Source of the DNA: an uncultured Gammaproteobacteria bacterium
GTDB taxonomy: Bacteria; Pseudomonadota; Gammaproteobacteria; UBA9214
Direction: 5' to 3'
Length of the DNA stretch: 11,579 nucleotides
Assembly: GCA_963827755.1 (NCBI GenBank)
Contig: CAWHCQ010000015.1
Span: forward strand, 1 to 11,579
In this document: one piece after another, positions 7,725 through 11,579 of the stretch
Numbering within the stretch: the first letter of the stretch is position 1
Layout: the number at the start of each line of letters is the position of its first letter
Translations under genes and position numbers: made by a program
Notes under the pieces: generated by a model
What the model was told of the DNA's origin: nothing
Databases searched by the model: none
The model's input: only the letters and a program-made list of their open reading frames with translations

Positions 7725-9728
7725 ATGCTTTCCGCCAGTAAAGCGGTATATCGACCAGGGCTGCAGCTTGGTGCCTACCCTGAACACCACGCTGCAGATA
7801 GCGGCTGGCTGGATGTCCTGTTTGCGCAGATCAGCGGATACGCGGGAGCGCGCCTGAAGTGGCAGGACCGGCGCCTGCTGGCCTTCGCACGTAATGTCGA
7901 GTCTGCCGGTGTGTCATTGTCCGGCCTGGACGAGACGGATTTCAGGCGCCGCATCGACGCCATCAGAAAAGTGTTGCGCCGTGATGGCTTGTCCAAAAAA
8001 CACCTGGCGATGGCCTTTGCCATTGTGCGTGAGGCTGCCACGCGCACGCTGGGTATTCGTCATTATGACGTGCAGCTGATGGCCGGCCGCGTGCTGCTCG
8101 ATGGCATGCTGGCGGAAATGGAAACCGGTGAAGGCAAGACGCTGATGGCGACTCTGCCGGCCTCTGTGGCGGCGCTCGCCGGTATCCCGGTGCATGTGAT
8201 CACCGTCAACGATTACCTCGTCCAGCGCGATACCGAAGATATGTCGCCGCTGTATCACTACCTCGGCCTGAGCGTCGGCATGATTACCGAGCAGATGGAG
8301 GAGGATGAACGGCGTGCAGCCTATGCTGCCGACATCACCTACTGTACCAACAAGACACTGGTATTCGATTACCTGCGCGATCGTGTAAAGCTCAGGGATG
8401 TGCAGGGTGGCATATCATTGCATGCCGAAAAAGTTTATACAGAAAAGGCCCGCCTTGATTCGGTGCTGATGCGCGGCCTGTGTTTTTGCATTGTCGACGA
8501 GGCCGACAGCGTATTGATCGACGAGGCCGGCACGCCATTGATCCTGTCGCAGGGCGGCCAGGTCCAGGAAAAGGATGAAGTGTTGTTCCGCCAGGCCGTG
8601 CAGCTTGCCCGGTCACTCAAGCCGGGTAAGGACTTCAGCATCGACGAGAAACTGCGCCAGGTGCGACTGACAGCAGCCGGCAGAGGGCGTGCCACGGATG
8701 CCGGCGACAAGCTCGGCGGTCAGTGGCAGATGCGCACACGTTGCGAGGAGCTGGTCAGCCAGGCCCTGAGTGCCTGTCACCTGTTCAAGCGCGATCGTGA
8801 GTACCTGGTGAAGGACGGCAAGGTCATGATCATCGATGATTTTACCGGACGCGTCATGGCGGACCGCAAGTGGGAGCGTGGCCTGCACCAGATGATCGAG
8901 GTCAAGGAAGGCTGCGAGGTCACTCCGCCGAACGAGGTACAGGCGCGTATCAGTTACCAGAAGTTTTTCCGCCGTTACCTGCACCTGTCCGGCATGACCG
9001 GTACGGCGCGTGAGACGGCGGCTGAACTGAATGCCATATATGCACTCAAGGTCGTAAAGATCCCCACGCATCGCCAATCGCAACTGCAGCGACTGCCTGA
9101 CCAGTTGTACTCCGGGCAGGATGCCAAGTGGCGCCGCATTGTTACGCGCGTCATCGAACTGCACAAACAGCAGCGCCCTGTACTGGTCGGGACGCGCTCG
9201 GTGGCCGACAGCGAAACCCTGAGCCGAATGCTCGTGCGTGTCGGCCTGCCACACCAGGTGCTGAATGCCCGCCAGGACAGGGATGAGGCCGAGCTGATCG
9301 CGCAGGCAGGTCAGCCAGGTGCCATCACCATCGCCACCAACATGGCCGGACGCGGTACCGATATCATGCTGGCAGCCGGGGTGCGTAAGCGCGGCGGACT
9401 GCATGTGATTGCGGCAGAGCGCAACAGTGCCAGGCGTATTGACCGCCAGCTGTTCGGCCGGGCGGGCCGCCAGGGTGATCCGGGCAGCTGCGAGGCGATC
9501 CTGGCGCTGGATGACCGCATTATCAGTGAATTTATCCCTAAATATCTCAGCCGACTGGCCGACTTATCTGACAGGAACAGGGATTCACTCCCTGAATGGC
9601 TGAGGACAATGATTGTCACGTATTGCCAACGCAGGTCGGAATCACAGCAGCGCCAGGCACGCAAGGCGCTGACGCGAATGGATGAATACCTGGGCAGGGC
9701 GCTGGCATTCTCGGGCAAGGAAGAATAG
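7725..9728 (+). CDS. secA: Short accessory SecA paralogue (SecA DEAD ATPase + preprotein cross-linking domain, lacking most of the C-terminal wing/scaffold)
   Basis: SecA motifs HYDVQL, EMETGEGKT, VHVITVNDYL, FDYLRD, IVDEADSVLIDEA, GLHQMIEVKE, LSGMTGTA, VLNARQ, IATNMAGRGTDI and RRIDRQLFGRAGRQGDPG. Only 667 aa, ending about 80 aa after the last helicase motif. Confidence 0.92.
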   Translation: MLSASKAVYRPGLQLGAYPEHHAADSGWLDVLFAQISGYAGARLKWQDRRLLAFARNVESAGVSLSGLDETDFRRRIDAIRKVLRRDGLSKKHLAMAFAIVREAATRTLGIRHYDVQLMAGRVLLDGMLAEMETGEGKTLMATLPASVAALAGIPVHVITVNDYLVQRDTEDMSPLYHYLGLSVGMITEQMEEDERRAAYAADITYCTNKTLVFDYLRDRVKLRDVQGGISLHAEKVYTEKARLDSVLMRGLCFCIVDEADSVLIDEAGTPLILSQGGQVQEKDEVLFRQAVQLARSLKPGKDFSIDEKLRQVRLTAAGRGRATDAGDKLGGQWQMRTRCEELVSQALSACHLFKRDREYLVKDGKVMIIDDFTGRVMADRKWERGLHQMIEVKEGCEVTPPNEVQARISYQKFFRRYLHLSGMTGTARETAAELNAIYALKVVKIPTHRQSQLQRLPDQLYSGQDAKWRRIVTRVIELHKQQRPVLVGTRSVADSETLSRMLVRVGLPHQVLNARQDRDEAELIAQAGQPGAITIATNMAGRGTDIMLAAGVRKRGGLHVIAAERNSARRIDRQLFGRAGRQGDPGSCEAILALDDRIISEFIPKYLSRLADLSDRNRDSLPEWLRTMIVTYCQRRSESQQRQARKALTRMDEYLGRALAFSGKEE

Positions 9729-9759
9729 GGCCTAACGTTAACTTGAAAGAGCTGAAATC

Positions 9760-10635
9760 ATGAGATTACTCACTTTTATAAAACTGTTTGTCTTGCTTCC
9801 CGGTCTACTGCTGCCGGCTGTTGTCAATGCAATGGAATATTACTGCATGATGGAGCCGCATCGTACGGTCGAGGTGAAGAGCTCGGTTAACGGCAGGATC
9901 GAGGCAATCAATGTCGAACGCAGTGATTTTATAACTGCCGGTCAGCCACTGGTGGTATTCGAATCGAGGGTTGAAAAGGCCACGGTGGAGCTGGCACGCG
10001 CCAAGGTAGAAATGCGGGCCGAATATGACAGCAGCCGGGTCAGTCACCGTTTTGCAGTTCGCAAGCTGGGGCGTTTTGACGGTCTCGCGGAAGAGGGCGT
10101 GGTAGCGATTCAGATCAAGGATGAAGTGGAGACCGAGGCATCACTCGCCAGGTTGCAAATGCTCCAGGCGAAGGAGAACAGGCGTCTTGCCGAGCTGGAA
10201 CTCGATCGAGCCCTTGCTGTACTCAGCCAGCACACGGTCGTCAGTCCGCTGACAGGCGTTGTTGTCGATCGCCTCAAATCACCGGGTGATTACGCCGAAG
10301 ATGGTGCAATCGTCAAGGTCGCCCAGCTGGATCCGCTCAATATCGAAGTGCTGCTGCCAGCCTCGAAGTTTGGCACGATCAAACCGGGTATGAAGGCACG
10401 CGTTACCCCTGAATTCGGACTCGAGGGCAGTTATGCGGCCGAAGTGAAGATTGTCGATCGCGTGGTGGATGCCTCGAGCGGCATGTTCGGTGTGCGCCTT
10501 GAACTGCCCAATCCCGACAACAAGTTACCGGGTGGCCTGAAGTGCACGCTCAATTTTGAGGGCGACACCTCGCCGCGGGTATCCGGCAATTTCCCGGTGG
10601 TTGGCAAGGCCGACTTTGATCTCGCCAGAAAGTAA
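9760..10635 (+). CDS. RND/HlyD-family periplasmic adaptor (membrane fusion protein) with probable signal peptide
   Basis: N-terminal MRLLTFIKLFVLLPGLLLPAVVNA; lipoyl motifs VKSSVNGRIEAINVERSDFITAGQPLV and VVSPLTGVVV; alpha-hairpin; IVDRVVDASSGMFGVRLELPNPDNKLPGG. Confidence 0.9.
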   Translation: MRLLTFIKLFVLLPGLLLPAVVNAMEYYCMMEPHRTVEVKSSVNGRIEAINVERSDFITAGQPLVVFESRVEKATVELARAKVEMRAEYDSSRVSHRFAVRKLGRFDGLAEEGVVAIQIKDEVETEASLARLQMLQAKENRRLAELELDRALAVLSQHTVVSPLTGVVVDRLKSPGDYAEDGAIVKVAQLDPLNIEVLLPASKFGTIKPGMKARVTPEFGLEGSYAAEVKIVDRVVDASSGMFGVRLELPNPDNKLPGGLKCTLNFEGDTSPRVSGNFPVVGKADFDLARK

Positions 10636-10758
10636 ACAAGCTTTTTAGTTATATAAAATAATAAGATAGCAAGTACCCCGTCCTTCCGGGCATGCCCGGC
10701 ACTCCCAGGCCCCGCGCCGAATTCATCAATTTATTAGTTATTTTTCAGGACGATTGCC

Positions 10759-10785
10759 TCAAGTTAGGCCGTAAAGAGCCGATTT
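10759..10785 (+). promoter_or_regulatory. Putative sigma28 (FliA)-type promoter for the exoprotein gene
   Basis: TCAAGTTA-N11-GCCGATTT versus extended consensus TAAAGTTT-N11-GCCGATAA (equivalently TCAAG-N14-GCCGAT), 86 bp upstream of ATG 10872, in an AT-rich intergenic region. Confidence 0.5.
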
Positions 10786-10871
10786 CCATTGTGTGAGTAT
10801 GCGCACGGTTTTCGTGTGTCTCGCATGTTTTCGGCGATTAGTGCCGGGAACACATGGAAGCGGACGCTAAA

Positions 10872-11579
10872 ATGGCAAAGAAAGACAAATACAAGAAAAG
10901 ATACAAAAACAAAGCCGAGCTGGAAGCGGTCGAACCGCGCCTGCTGTTTTCCGCCGGGCTGGAAGGCGTGCTTGCGGCCGAGCACGTGCAGGCGCCGGCG
11001 GACGATTACAGCCAGGCGGTGGTGGAGCAGGGCAACGCCGGCAGCACTGCCGATACCCGCGAGGCCGCCGCCAGCGATGTGCGTGTCGAGCTGATCTTTG
11101 TCGACACCGACACACCGGAATACCAGACCCTGTTGTCCGACCTGTTGACCTACCCGGATGACGCCACCCGTTACCAGGTCTTCGAACTCGATAACAGCCA
11201 GGACGGTATCGCACAGATTACTGCCATTCTCAGCGGCTATGAGAATGTCAGTGCCATCCATCATCCTCTCGCACGGGTCGGAGGGTTCCATCGATCTCGG
11301 TGGCGGTACGCTGGACAGTGACACGCTGGCGGCCAATGCGGACCTGGTACGTTCCTGGGGCAGTGCCTTCAGCGAAAACGGCGACATCCTTATCTATGGT
11401 TGCAATCTCGCGGCAGACGATGCCGGCCAGCTGCTGGTGAACAACCTGGCTGCATTGACCGGCACCGATGTTGCGGCCTCCGATGACCTGACCGGCAGTG
11501 CCGGACTGGGCGGTGACTGGGATCTGGAATACCAGGTCGGGCAGGTAAGCGCAGTCCTCTCCATCGATCACAGCCAGCA
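10872..11579 (+). CDS. N-terminus of a LEPRxLL-motif, DUF4347-domain probable large exoprotein/adhesin (partial; apparent +1 frameshift near 11262)
   Basis: MAKKDKYKKRYKNKAELEAVEPRLLFSA leader, then ELIFVD...QDGIAQITAILSGYENVSAIH. After removing one base at about 11262 it continues ILSHGSEGSIDLG...WGSAFSENGDILIYGCNLAA...LTGTDVAASDDLTGSAGLGGDWDLEYQVG, the typical DUF4347 pattern. Open to the window end. Confidence 0.85.

Noticed and set aside
7725-9728. Housekeeping secA
   Set aside because: Too short, lacks the C-terminal domains, and lies in a specialised operon rather than the usual proteobacterial context.
10799-10817. Sigma54 promoter-like TGCGCACGGTTTTCGT
   Set aside because: Lacks the invariant GG at -24 and GC at -12 unless errors are assumed.
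10876-10915. A-rich quasi-repeat (AAAGACAAATACAAGAAAAGATACAAAAAC)
   Set aside because: Explained by the Lys-rich coding sequence of the leader.
3390-11571. Numerous antisense and overlapping ORFs in the track (e.g. 3390-3659, 5376-5999, 6813-7454, 8613-9404, 10764-11387)
   Set aside because: Shadow ORFs of GC-rich coding sequence or of the tRNA, with no recognisable motifs.

Overview
Bacterial, probably proteobacterial, DNA in two parts separated by a minus-strand tRNA-Val(CAC) gene at 3408-3482. Left (1-3407): one end of an element integrated at the tRNA 3' end. It carries a tyrosine integrase (one apparent +1 frameshift) with att-like repeats and an IHF box, plus a convergent type IV toxin-antitoxin (AbiEi/AbiEii) pair. 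The AbiEii toxin appears to be fused to a WYL domain and a C-terminal CxxC..H..C zinc finger, hidden by an in-frame TGA and a -1 frameshift. Right (about 3680-11579): a tightly packed, atypical secretion locus encoding a GAF-HlyD protein, a PqqD/RRE-like + M50 protease + HlyD fusion, a C-terminally truncated SecA paralogue, a further membrane fusion protein, and the start of a LEPRxLL-leader/DUF4347 exoprotein (frameshifted, runs off the window). Both right-hand transcription units have sigma28-like promoter motifs. All calls come from motifs read by eye; no searches were run. The indels may be sequencing errors.
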